Below, in pieces: positions 1 through 10,200 of a DNA stretch of 64,000 nt. The translations under genes and the position numbers were made by a program. Each line of letters begins with the position of its first letter. The stretch's first letter is position 1. The stretch covers positions 1 through 64,000 of the forward strand of contig JALNLM010000001.1 of the NCBI GenBank assembly GCA_023254095.1, written 5' to 3'. Under the pieces are notes generated by a model. It had not been told where the DNA came from and searched no databases. It saw only the letters and a list, made by a program, of their open reading frames with translations. This DNA comes from Candidatus Geocrenenecus huangii (GTDB lineage: Archaea > Thermoproteota > Nitrososphaeria_A > Caldarchaeales > Wolframiiraptoraceae).

Positions 1-69
1 TGTATGAGCATACCCTTCACTTGATGGAAGCTTTACTCTGATCCAACTAGGCTTAAGAGGGCCCGTCAT
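1..69 (-). CDS. lipA: Lipoyl synthase (radical SAM), 5' end only; runs off the window edge
   Basis: Not in the ORF track. Minus strand from ATG at 69 reads MTGPLKPSWIRVKLPSSEGYAHT; KPxWIRVKLP is the typical LipA N-terminal motif. Only 23 codons are visible. Confidence 0.7.
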   Translation of the reverse strand, partial: MTGPLKPSWIRVKLPSSEGYAHT

Positions 70-220
70 CTACACTCGTATAGAAATTCCAAACTAAAAA
101 TTTTACAAGTCCTAACTCTTGGTAGGATGACATCCTTGTAACGTCTTTATATTATATATAATCTCGGCATAGAGAATGGTTAAGAGACGATTTATATAAT
201 TTTATTTGAGGTCGGCGTTA

Positions 221-778
221 TTGATCGAGATTAGATGGCATGGAAGAGGAGGTCAGGGAGTAGTAACAGTAAGCGATATCCTTGCCCGCTCCGCAGTGTT
301 GGAAGGAAAGTATGCTCAGCATTTCCCAGAGTTTGGACCTGAGAGATCTGGTGCTCCTGTAAAAGCCTTTACAAGAATCTCCGACGAACCTATTGAGATA
401 CATTCAGGCATCTACAATCCGGACGTAGTAATTATTATAGACAGAGGGATGTCTCAGAGGTTCCAGCCATACATCGATGGATTAAAAGGAAATGGAATGG
501 TATTCTTAAATCTAGGAGATGATGCCTCGCATATTGACAGGTCTACCCTTCCTCCGGCTGCGAAGGTATATACTGTTGATGCTAGAAAGATCTCAGTTGA
601 GGAAATTGGTAGACCAATATTCAATATCCCGATGTTGGGTGGTTTAGTTAGAGTATTAAAGATGCCTACCCTAAATATTGTCGAAGAAGTTTTGAGTGGA
701 AGATTTTCAGGAGAATTAGTTGAGGCAAATATCAAAATACTGCGCAGAGCATATAATGAGGTGAAAAACCTTGGTTGA
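221..778 (+). CDS. porC: Pyruvate/2-ketoisovalerate:ferredoxin oxidoreductase gamma subunit
   Basis: EIRWHGRGGQG, PEFGPERSGAPV and NIPMLG motifs. TTG start at 221 follows a GAGGT RBS. Confidence 0.93.
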   Translation: MIEIRWHGRGGQGVVTVSDILARSAVLEGKYAQHFPEFGPERSGAPVKAFTRISDEPIEIHSGIYNPDVVIIIDRGMSQRFQPYIDGLKGNGMVFLNLGDDASHIDRSTLPPAAKVYTVDARKISVEEIGRPIFNIPMLGGLVRVLKMPTLNIVEEVLSGRFSGELVEANIKILRRAYNEVKNLG

Positions 779-1073
779 TATAGATGTCAAAAAGATAGTT
801 GCAGGTGAGTTTTCATGGAAGACTTTACCTCCCGCCGGGATGATTGAGATCCCTACTTCCATAGAATACAAGACTGGAACTTGGAGAATAGAAAAACCAG
901 TCATAGACCAATCTAAATGCACAAAGTGTCTTATCTGCTGGATATATTGCCCAGACATGTCTATCAAAAGAATGTTCGACGGGGGAGTAGAGGTCGATTA
1001 TGAATTCTGCAAAGGATGTGGAATATGTGCTGAAGTCTGTCCGCAAAAAGCGATTAAGATGGTGGAAGAGTAG
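771..1073 (+). CDS. porD: 2-oxoacid:ferredoxin oxidoreductase delta subunit (2x[4Fe-4S])
   Basis: KTGTWR..P, CTKCLICWIYCPD and CKGCGICAEVCP motifs. Confidence 0.93.
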   Translation: MVDIDVKKIVAGEFSWKTLPPAGMIEIPTSIEYKTGTWRIEKPVIDQSKCTKCLICWIYCPDMSIKRMFDGGVEVDYEFCKGCGICAEVCPQKAIKMVEE

Positions 1074-1074
1074 C

Positions 1075-2271
1075 ATGAGCGAATTGAGACCTTTGAGGAA
1101 GATGGCTTTAACGGGTGATGAAGCAGTAGCATATGCTGCAAAACAGGCTGACGTTGACGTCGTTGCAGCATACCCTATAACGCCACAGACGATAATAGTC
1201 GAGAGGTTAAGCAGATATGTTGCAGACGGTGAATTAAATGCAGCGTTCATTCAAGCTGAAAGCGAGCATTCAGCTTTGTCGATCTGTATCGGTGCGGCAC
1301 TAGCTGGTGCTAGGACTTTTACCTCGACTGCTAGTCAAGGATTAGCTTTGATGCATGAAGTTCTACATATCGCCTCTTCTATGCGTACACCTATAGTCAT
1401 GGCCATAGCTAACCGTGCACTCAATTCTCCTCTCAACATACATTGCGATCACTCGGATGTGATGAATGCTAGGGATACGGGTTGGATTCACTTGTTTGCA
1501 AACAATGTACAGCAGGCATATGACCTAACTTTAATGGCGTTCAAGATAGCTGAAGACCCAGATCTCTTACTTCCAGTGTCAGTAAACATGGATGGGTTCA
1601 TCTTAACTCATAGTGTAGAGCCTTTAGAGATACTAAGTGATGAAGAAGTACGACAGTATATTCCTCATATACCATATCCGTACAGAATAGATTTTGACAG
1701 GCCATTGGCATACGGAGTTATGGCCCTCCCAGATACATATATGGAGTTTAGGAAACAACTTTTCGAGGTAACTAGGAAAGCTCCTCAAGTATTCAGAAAA
1801 GCCTCGAACATTTTCTCAGCAATATCTGGAAGATCCTACGACTTGTTAACCCCGTATTTCGTTGAGGATGCCGATGTAATAGTGATAGCGCTAGGTTCAA
1901 CGATCGAGACTCTAAGATACGCTGCTAGGAGATTTAGAGAGAGAAGACTGAAGATAGGTGTCGTCGGATTAACGATGTATAGACCCTTCCCCGAGAAAGA
2001 GATCGTAGATGTTCTAGAAAATGCTAGATGTATAGCGGTATTAGATAGAGCTTATTCGTATGGAGGTGTTGGAGGACCTCTATACACAGACATACTTTCA
2101 ACCCTCTACAAGAACCAGATCGGGGTTATGATTGCAGATTTCGTTTACGGGCTAGGTGGAAGAGATCTCAAGCTAACGGATATAGAACAACTCTTCAATA
2201 AGCTGTTCAAATCTCTAGAAGTAGGTCGATTCGACCAAGACATATACTGGTGGGGAGTGAAAGATGATTAG
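1075..2271 (+). CDS. porA: Pyruvate/2-ketoisovalerate:ferredoxin oxidoreductase alpha subunit
   Basis: AAYPITPQT, ESEHSA, TASQGLALM and YGLGGRD motifs. Start is the ATG at 1075, just after the porD stop. Confidence 0.95.
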   Translation: MSELRPLRKMALTGDEAVAYAAKQADVDVVAAYPITPQTIIVERLSRYVADGELNAAFIQAESEHSALSICIGAALAGARTFTSTASQGLALMHEVLHIASSMRTPIVMAIANRALNSPLNIHCDHSDVMNARDTGWIHLFANNVQQAYDLTLMAFKIAEDPDLLLPVSVNMDGFILTHSVEPLEILSDEEVRQYIPHIPYPYRIDFDRPLAYGVMALPDTYMEFRKQLFEVTRKAPQVFRKASNIFSAISGRSYDLLTPYFVEDADVIVIALGSTIETLRYAARRFRERRLKIGVVGLTMYRPFPEKEIVDVLENARCIAVLDRAYSYGGVGGPLYTDILSTLYKNQIGVMIADFVYGLGGRDLKLTDIEQLFNKLFKSLEVGRFDQDIYWWGVKDD

Positions 2272-2392
2272 AGATAGCTTTCAAGCTTTCCACATTTTAC
2301 CAAAATCTTCATACATGTTTTCACTCAGCGGAACTGAGGTGGCTAACAATTCCTATTCGGCAAAGAAGACGACCAACGTGAGGAGGGTGTAG
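2264..2392 (+). CDS. Possible 42-aa peptide filling the porA-porB gap
   Basis: ATG overlaps the porA 3' end behind GGGGAGTGA, and the stop lies 1 nt before the porB TTG. No recognisable homology. Confidence 0.3.
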   Translation: MIRDSFQAFHILPKSSYMFSLSGTEVANNSYSAKKTTNVRRV

Positions 2393-2393
2393 A

Positions 2394-3341
2394 TTGGCGG
2401 CTCAGGAGAAATATTTTAAAACTATAAAAGACGTACCACTCGAGGATTACTTTACACCAGGGCATAGGTTGTGCGCGGGATGTGGTCCTTCTCTAGCCAT
2501 GAAGCTTGCAATGAAAGCTGTCAGAATGCCTACAGCCATCGTCAATGCTACTGGATGCGTCGAAGTTTCCACATCCATGTTCCCTTACGTTAGCTGGAAG
2601 CTTCCATGGATACATGTTGCCTTCGAGAATACAGCCGCCGTCGCAAGCGGCATAACCGAGGCTTTTAGAATACTTGAGAAGAAGGGACGTGGAAGTATGC
2701 ATGATGTAATAGCCATTGCTGGTGATGGGGGAACATTCGATATAGGGTTACAAGCACTATCAGGAGCTCTTGAAAGACGACATAAGATGTTATACATCTG
2801 TTATGATAACGAAGCCTACATGAATACTGGAATACAAAGATCTGGAGCGACACCCATGGGCGCGGCCACTACGACCAGCCCTGTTGGAAAAGTAATTTCG
2901 GGAAAGCAAGAAAGGAAGAAAGACTTGATCGGAATAGTTGTGGCCCACAAGGTACCCTATGCTGCAACAGCCTCGATATCTCATCCTCTCGATTTCATAA
3001 ATAAGGTTAGGAAAGCTTTAGAGATAGAGGGTCCGACCTTCATACATGTCTTGACCCCGTGTACTCTTGGATGGAGATATCCACCTTCTCAAACTATAAA
3101 GATATCGAGGTTAGCTGTTGAGACAAGATACTTCCCGATATTCGAGCTAGAGTATGGTAAGCTGAAGATAAATATCAAAGTAAGTAAGCCTAGACCTCTA
3201 GAAGAATTCCTAGAAGCTCAAGGAAGATTCAAGCATCTCTTCGAACCAGCCAATAAAGATGTACTCGAGAATCTAAAGATGCAGGTAGAAGAAAACTGGA
3301 ATAGACTTCTCAAGCTTGAAGAAATAGGGTTATACGCTTGA
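2394..3341 (+). CDS. porB: Pyruvate/2-ketoisovalerate:ferredoxin oxidoreductase beta subunit (TPP-binding)
   Basis: GHRLCAGCG, GDGG...DIG and YDNEAYMNTGIQRS motifs. GGAGGG RBS upstream. Confidence 0.95.
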   Translation: MAAQEKYFKTIKDVPLEDYFTPGHRLCAGCGPSLAMKLAMKAVRMPTAIVNATGCVEVSTSMFPYVSWKLPWIHVAFENTAAVASGITEAFRILEKKGRGSMHDVIAIAGDGGTFDIGLQALSGALERRHKMLYICYDNEAYMNTGIQRSGATPMGAATTTSPVGKVISGKQERKKDLIGIVVAHKVPYAATASISHPLDFINKVRKALEIEGPTFIHVLTPCTLGWRYPPSQTIKISRLAVETRYFPIFELEYGKLKINIKVSKPRPLEEFLEAQGRFKHLFEPANKDVLENLKMQVEENWNRLLKLEEIGLYA

Positions 3342-3370
3342 GAGGTTGAAACATCATCATTCTTCCTCCC

Positions 3371-4357
3371 CTAAATTATTTTTATTCCTGTGGTCGCTTG
3401 AATTCTATGCAGTATTGAGCTGGTCAATCTATCTTCTAGCTTAGACCTTATAACATTTAAAGATACTAGAATATTGTTTATCCTTTTTATGACTCTCTGC
3501 GGATACGGTATCGACCTGAATTCTATGTAGAGTTTCTCAAGGTCTCTCGATGTTAAAGTTCTATTGTAGAATGTATAGACGATCGCAGATAGCTGATTCA
3601 AGCTAGACTTATAACATGCATCATGTGAAGAATAGTTATACAAACATTTACCGCAATTAGAGGCTAGAAGTTCCCTCATCGGCCCCCTGCTGCTGATCCT
3701 AACGTGTTTTACAACCCTGACATAGTTTTCTTTCTTCAATCTTGATAACGCTTTATATAATGTGCTAGTACTGACTCCTTCTCTGATGATTCTTCTTGAG
3801 AGCTCCTCGACTGTTAAATCGCCATGAATACATAGACGATCAATTATTTTCTGTAGTAAGATAGGGGGTGTACTAGACATTTGCATGTCTAGTTTATTCG
3901 ACAACGATTCTAGAAGATTATCATGACTTATCGTAATGTCTATGCCGAGCTTTGCTAAACCTTTCTCATACTCTATGTTAAACTCTTTCATTAAGGTATG
4001 CTTGAGAGATTCTTGGTCCGAGGTTCTCATATAAGAATTTAGGAGAGCCCATAGAAGATATACTTCTTCATTCTTCCAAGACATTCTAATAATCCATGAG
4101 AACTTGATCAAAGCATCAATCATACTCAATCTCTCGATAACGAATACATCTTCTCTGAGCTTCTTCACGTAATTCTTATTATTTGATAATAACCTATTAA
4201 GTACCTGGATGCTTTTTTCATTCCAAGCTACGATTACTAAGTCTTGTCCATCAGGCTCCTCAACTATTGTGAATGGTGGATAGTTAATGAATACTTCTTC
4301 GACAAATTCGTTAGGCGTGAATTCCTTTACTAGTTGGAGTAGGTCGCCGTTTATCAT
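3371..4357 (-). CDS. Uncharacterised protein with an internal winged helix-turn-helix followed by a CxxC-x9-C motif; putative regulator
   Basis: 328-aa ORF. GDLTVEELSRR..STSTLYKALSRLKKENYV is HTH-like and is followed by CGKCLYNYSSHDAC. Divergent from the kor-hdr-etf operon. Confidence 0.7.
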   Translation of the reverse strand: MINGDLLQLVKEFTPNEFVEEVFINYPPFTIVEEPDGQDLVIVAWNEKSIQVLNRLLSNNKNYVKKLREDVFVIERLSMIDALIKFSWIIRMSWKNEEVYLLWALLNSYMRTSDQESLKHTLMKEFNIEYEKGLAKLGIDITISHDNLLESLSNKLDMQMSSTPPILLQKIIDRLCIHGDLTVEELSRRIIREGVSTSTLYKALSRLKKENYVRVVKHVRISSRGPMRELLASNCGKCLYNYSSHDACYKSSLNQLSAIVYTFYNRTLTSRDLEKLYIEFRSIPYPQRVIKRINNILVSLNVIRSKLEDRLTSSILHRIQATTGIKII

Positions 4358-4360
4358 CTA

Positions 4361-4394
4361 GAAAATATTGGATTTTCGCAAATATTAGATTTTC
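4361..4394. promoter_or_regulatory. Two abutting 17-bp inverted repeats; candidate operator
   Basis: GAAAAT-attgg-ATTTTC (4361-4377) is immediately followed by GCAAAT-attag-ATTTTC (4378-4394), within the 89-bp divergent intergenic region. Confidence 0.55.
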
Positions 4395-4446
4395 CTTAAA
4401 TAAACCCTGACTCAAACTATTACCGTAAATACCTGGTGGGTTCAAC

Positions 4447-4731
4447 ATGTCTTTAAAGATTATTAGAGAACCCATAAATAAATATATACAAAAAATCCCC
4501 CTTGGACTTATCCACGTTATCCCTGAAAGATGTAAAGAATGTGGTTACTGTATCGACTTATGCCCTAAAGATGTTTTAACCGTGAGCGAGGAAAGAAACA
4601 TAAAAGGTTACCGATGGCCAAAAATAGCAGACGGTAAGGCATCTGAATGTATTGCTTGTAGAATGTGTGAATGGATATGCCCTGAATTTGCCATATTCGT
4701 TGTAGAAGCTGATAGGAGGGAGTACGAGTAA
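4447..4731 (+). CDS. korD: 2-oxoglutarate-type oxidoreductase delta subunit (ferredoxin-like)
   Basis: CKECGYCIDLCP and CIACRMCEWICPEFAI motifs. Overlaps the korA start. Confidence 0.88.
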   Translation: MSLKIIREPINKYIQKIPLGLIHVIPERCKECGYCIDLCPKDVLTVSEERNIKGYRWPKIADGKASECIACRMCEWICPEFAIFVVEADRREYE

Positions 4732-5876
4732 TGTCTAGTGAACTCCGATTACTTAAGCCAGGAACATATTTCATGATGGGGAATATAGCTTGTGCTGAAG
4801 CAGCATTAATAGCTGGATGTGAATTCTATGCAGGCTACCCTATAACCCCATCAAATGAGATTGCTGAACATATGAGTAGAAGGATGCCTCAGCTTGGGAG
4901 ACACTTCATTCAGATGGAAGATGAGATAGGGAGTATCGTAGCTGTATTAGGTGCTTCCGCCGCAGGCGTGAAAGCTATGACGGCAACTTCCGGACCTGGA
5001 TTCTCACTCATGATGGAGACGATAGGTTTATCTGCGATGCTTGAGCTCCCGTGCGTTATAATTGATGTGCAGAGAGCTGGCCCAAGCACAGGCATCCCAA
5101 CCTTTGTAGGTCAAGGAGACGTAATGCAAGCAAGATGGGGGTCTCACGGAGACTATGAATTGGTAGTCTACGCTCCATCAGCTGTTCAAGAATTCTTCGA
5201 TCTCACAATTGAAGCATTCAACACATCTGAGTGGTTACGGATACCCGTGGTAGTATTGTCCGATGAAGTGGTAGGTCACATGTACGGGAGACTAGTAGTT
5301 CCGGAATACGATAAGATTAAGATCGTGAACAGAAAACGATACAATGGTCCCAAAGACCAATACCTACCTTATAGTTGTGAAGCCCTTGTCCCACCTTTTG
5401 TAGCAGCTGGAGATGGATATAGAATACACATGACCGGATTAACTCACGATGAAAGAGGTTATCCCTCTCTAGAGATTGAGGATTCTCATAAACTAATTGA
5501 TAGGCTCGTCATGAAAGTTAGAAAGAATTCTAAGCATCTATGGAAGTATGAGACCCTATATGCAGATGATGCAGACGTCGTCGTTGTAACCTTCGGTATC
5601 ACTGCGAGGTCTACTGAAGAGGCTGTAAAAAGAGCTAGGGCCGAAGGCCTGAAAGTCGGCATGATAAAGCTGCTCACCCTTTGGCCCTTCCCAGAAGATC
5701 CAGTCAAGATCGCGAGCCAGTATGCTAGAAGACTGCTCGTCGCAGAAATCAACATGGGTCAATTAATCCATCCGGTAAGAGAAGTAGCAGAATGCCCTGT
5801 AGCAGGAATAAATTATCCAGTAGGGTACGCACCCCCACCCGAGTATATTCTAGATGGTATCAGAGCGGCGGTGTAG
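4731..5876 (+). CDS. korA: 2-oxoacid (2-oxoglutarate-type):ferredoxin oxidoreductase alpha subunit
   Basis: YAGYPITPS, QMEDEI, TATSGPGFSLMME, QRAGPSTG and QARWGSHGD motifs. Confidence 0.93.
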   Translation: MSSELRLLKPGTYFMMGNIACAEAALIAGCEFYAGYPITPSNEIAEHMSRRMPQLGRHFIQMEDEIGSIVAVLGASAAGVKAMTATSGPGFSLMMETIGLSAMLELPCVIIDVQRAGPSTGIPTFVGQGDVMQARWGSHGDYELVVYAPSAVQEFFDLTIEAFNTSEWLRIPVVVLSDEVVGHMYGRLVVPEYDKIKIVNRKRYNGPKDQYLPYSCEALVPPFVAAGDGYRIHMTGLTHDERGYPSLEIEDSHKLIDRLVMKVRKNSKHLWKYETLYADDADVVVVTFGITARSTEEAVKRARAEGLKVGMIKLLTLWPFPEDPVKIASQYARRLLVAEINMGQLIHPVREVAECPVAGINYPVGYAPPPEYILDGIRAAV

Positions 5877-5881
5877 AGTGT

Positions 5882-6748
5882 ATGAGTCAGAAAGGGTTGG
5901 TAATTAAGGAAAAAATCGTCAGTGAGTCTCCAAGAGATCACTTGATAAGGAAGGAGAGATTCCCACATATATGGTGTCCTGGATGCGGTCTCGGAACAGT
6001 ATTGAAATGCTACGTAGAGGCAATAGCTGCATCAAGTATCCCGGAAGATAAACATGTAGTTATATCAGGCATAGGTTGCACTGGAAGAATAGCTGGTTAC
6101 GTCAGATTGGATTCATACCATGTAACACATGGAAGACCTATCGCTTTCGCTGAAGGAATGAAGATAGTTAGACCAGATCTCGAGGTAACGGTAATATCCG
6201 GAGATGGAGACTTAGTAACTATTGGCGGAAACCACTTTATCCACGCTATCAGGAGAAACGTGGACATAAATGTCTTCCTAGTCAACAACTTCATCTACGG
6301 TATGACTGGAAACCAGATGGGTTCAACTACTCCATTAGGTGCCAAAAGCTCCACGAGCCCATACGGTTGTCCAGAACCTCCATTCAACCTACCTTTGCTT
6401 GCAGCAGCCCTAGGAGCCCCCTTTGTAGCAAGATGGACTACACTCCATACTAGGCAACTTGCAGAGGCTATGAAGAAAGCATTCCAAGTTAAAGGATTCG
6501 CATTAATCGAGATAATATCTCCATGCCCAGTAGGGTTCGGATCATATAATGAATTAAGAGAGGGAAAAGATTACATAAAGCTTTTCCTAGAGAATTGCAT
6601 AGTTGATCATTCAGCCGATTTAAACAAGGCGGCCATATCGTTGAGGCCAGGTGAACCAATTATCCTTGGAAACTTCATTCAACGAGAAATGCCCAGTTAT
6701 CATGACTTTGAACTAGAAGTCTTCAAGAAGGCAGGGTGGTTAAAGTGA
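5882..6748 (+). CDS. korB: 2-oxoacid:ferredoxin oxidoreductase beta subunit
   Basis: WCPGCG, SGIGC, HGR, GDGD...IGGNH and NNFIYGMTG motifs. Likely start is the ATG at 5882. Confidence 0.93.
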   Translation: MSQKGLVIKEKIVSESPRDHLIRKERFPHIWCPGCGLGTVLKCYVEAIAASSIPEDKHVVISGIGCTGRIAGYVRLDSYHVTHGRPIAFAEGMKIVRPDLEVTVISGDGDLVTIGGNHFIHAIRRNVDINVFLVNNFIYGMTGNQMGSTTPLGAKSSTSPYGCPEPPFNLPLLAAALGAPFVARWTTLHTRQLAEAMKKAFQVKGFALIEIISPCPVGFGSYNELREGKDYIKLFLENCIVDHSADLNKAAISLRPGEPIILGNFIQREMPSYHDFELEVFKKAGWLK

Positions 6749-7278
6749 GATGGGATATAAGGTGGGCGGGTTTCGGAGGTCAAGGAGTAATTAGAGCAGG
6801 AGAAATCCTAGGTAGAGCCGCTGTTAAGCAAGGACTTGATTCCGCTATGAGACCAATGTATGGACCAGAGAAGACTGGGGGATGGTCTAGAGCAGATGTA
6901 GTTATTTCAGATGAACAAATTATCTTCCCCCTAATAGTCAATCCCGATATTCTTGTCGCGATGTCTCAAGACGGGATGAATAGAGATGGCTCATCACTAA
7001 AGAAAGACGGTCTACTCTTGATAGATGGAGAATTGGTAAAAGACGTCAAATGCTATCCTAAGAAGATATACTCTGTAGAAGCCACGAAGATAGCGGACAG
7101 TCTAGGTAGAAGAATAGTTGCGAATATTGTAATGCTCGGTGCATTCTCTAAAGCGTTCGGGATCGTTAGCGAGGATATCTTATTACAGACAATTATCGAG
7201 ACCTTCCCCAAAGCGGTTGAATTGAATAAGACAGCATTCAAGCTCGGTAAAGAGAATGTAAGGGAGGTGGAGATATAG
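6745..7278 (+). CDS. korC: 2-oxoacid:ferredoxin oxidoreductase gamma subunit
   Basis: GFGGQGV, YGPE..GG and ANIVMLGA motifs. GTGA overlap with the korB stop. Confidence 0.92.
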   Translation: MRWDIRWAGFGGQGVIRAGEILGRAAVKQGLDSAMRPMYGPEKTGGWSRADVVISDEQIIFPLIVNPDILVAMSQDGMNRDGSSLKKDGLLLIDGELVKDVKCYPKKIYSVEATKIADSLGRRIVANIVMLGAFSKAFGIVSEDILLQTIIETFPKAVELNKTAFKLGKENVREVEI

Positions 7279-10200
7279 ATGTCCGATGAAGTATTAGTTA
7301 TAGGCGGAGGAATAGCTGGAATACAATGTTCACTCGACCTAGCCAACGCAGGTGTAAAAGTGGTATTGGTTGAGAAGACCCCTACAATTGGAGGAAAGAT
7401 GGCGATACTTGACAAGAACTTCCCGACACTTGATTGCTCGATATGCATAGAGGCGCCGAAGATGAGCGAGGTAGGAAAACATCCAAACATCGAGCTGCTG
7501 ACCCTTGCGGAAGTTGTAAGCGTTGAGAAAAATGGGGAAGACTACTTAGTCGAGATATATCAAAAGCCTAGATACGTAACATCTGAATGTAGTAGATGCG
7601 GCCTCTGCGTAGATGCTTGCCCAGTCCTGCTCAAAAACGAATTTGACTATGGCATGGCTGCTAGAAAAGCAATCTATACACCGATTCCCCAATCTGAGCC
7701 GGGGGCATACGTAATAGATATCGAGAATTGTCTAAACAAGCCTCCCAACTACCTCCCCTGCGACAGATGCATACAGGTATGCGGGCCTAAGTGCATAGAT
7801 TTCTTCATGAAACCCAAGATAATAAAGAAGAAAGTTAAAGCGATAATCGTCGCAGCAGGATTCGAAGTATTCGACGCGACCGGGATACCCGACTATTCAT
7901 ACGGTCTCCATCCAGATATACTCAGCTCGATGGAATACGAGAGACTACTTCAGTCGACCGGTCCAAGCGGTGGAGAAATAATCAAACCTAGCAATGGACA
8001 TCATCCTGAAAACATATTATTCGTCCTATGTGTAGGTTCTAGAGACCCAAGATACAACAAGTATTGCTCAAGGTTCTGCTGCATGTATACCATTAAGCAA
8101 GCTGTCCAGACAGTTGAACATGGGATAAAGAATGTGGATATACTGTACATGGATATCAGAGCGTATGGCAAAGGCTTCGACGGATTTTACAAGAGAGCAA
8201 AAGATGAAGGCGTAAGATTCATAAAAGGAAGAGCTGCTAGAGTAATCCCTTACGAAAATAAGCTGAAAGTCAGGTATGAAAATATAGCTGAAGGAAGAAT
8301 AGAAGAAAGAGAATACGACATGGTTGTTCTAGCGGCGGCCGCCGAACCACCGGCAGGACTGGTTGAGCTGGCGAAAACTCTCGGAATAGAACTAGATGAA
8401 GATGGATTCATAAAGACGAGGCCGTGGCGTGGTAAAATGATAGCTACAACTAGAGAGGGAATCTTTGTATGTGGAAGCGCATCCGGTCCAAAGGATATTG
8501 CGGACAGCGTGACAGAGGCCGGAGCAGCAGCATCCGCTGCCCTAGAATATGTTAAGAAGAAGACTTGGCCTAAGCGAGAATTCGAAGAAACAATTCCCGC
8601 TGAGGGAGAACATAGAGTGGGGGTATTCATCTGTCACTGTGGATCGAATATTGCGGGAGTAGCAGACGTTAAGTGGCTAGCGCAGGAATCCGCGAAGATC
8701 CCTGGGGTAGTACATTCCGAAGATCTCAGATTTGCATGCGCGGGAGTCTACACAAAATATATTGAGCAGGTGATTAGGGAGAAGAACATCAACAGGCTTG
8801 TGGTGGCAGCGTGTTCTCCGAGGACGCATCTGCCTGTATTCATGGATGCAGCTATAAGAGCCGGTTTAAATCCATACCTGGTCGAGCTAACGAATATACG
8901 TAACTTAGATACTTGGGTTCACGCAAATTATCCGAAAGAAGCAACCGAGAAGGCTCTAGATATGATTAGGATGTCTGTAGCTAAAGCTAAGCTGCTTAAG
9001 CCTCTATATGTTGTTAAGCTCCCGGTAACTAGAAGAGCCTTAGTGATCGGTGGAGGAGTAGCGGGGATGGCTGCAGCAGCTAGCCTTGCTCGCCAAGGCT
9101 TTGAAACATATCTTGTAGAGAAGGAGAACCAGCTAGGCGGCCTCGTAAGACATCTTGACGTTATAGCTCCCGAGGGGATAAGAGCTGATGAATTATTAAA
9201 CGAGATGGAGAGAGAAGTATACAGTTCAGGTGTAAAGGTCATATTAGGAGCCAAGGTGGAATCTGTAGGCGGATACATTGGAAACTTCGTTGTAAACCTG
9301 TCTAGTGGAGAGAAACTTGAGGTTGGAGCAATCATCATGGCTACGGGTGCGAAAGTATACCATCCGGAGGGAGCCCTCCAGGCAAATGGAGGAAACATAA
9401 TAACCTCACTTGACCTAGAGCAGATATTCAAGAATAATGGTAACCTTGATGGGAGAAACGTCGTCTTCATAAGCTGTGTAGGGTCAAGATACGATTCGAA
9501 AGGCTGCTCTAGGTTCTGCTGCCAAGTAATGATAAAACAAGCAATCAGACTTAAAGAGCTGGGTAAGAACGTATTCGTACTCTATAAGGATATCAGGACA
9601 TACAGTCGGAAGGCTGAAGAATTATACGAGAAAGCAAGAGCGCTCGGAGTAAGATTCGTAAAATACGACTCTGAGAGGAAACCCGAAGAAGTAGTTAGAA
9701 TTGAGAATGGGACAGTATACGTTAAAGATGAATTGCTCGGAGAAGAAATCGGTATACCAGCCGACCTAGTAGTACTAAATGTCGGGCTCGTCCCAAATGA
9801 TGAGATAAATCCAATAATTGAACAGCTGAAGCTATCAAGAGACGAGGCGGGCTTCCTCCTCGAGCTCCATCCAAAGCTTGGACCGGTTGAGTCAATGGTT
9901 GGAGGGGTATTCCTCGCTGGGACATCCCAGAACCCGAAAGATGTCAGAGAAGCAATATCGCAGGGATTGGCGGCGGCCGCAAAGGCCGCAGCATTGCTAG
10001 CAAAAGACACTATCGATAAAGAACCCCTTATACCGAGGATAAACTATGATAAATGTACATACTGTCAAAGATGTACTCAGGTATGCACTTTCTCAGCTCT
10101 GAGGGGAGAACTGAAGAAGAGCCTTGAAATAATCAGTGCTTTATGTCAGGGATGCGGAAACTGTTCAGCTGAATGCATGGTTGGAGCGATCGAGGCTCCT

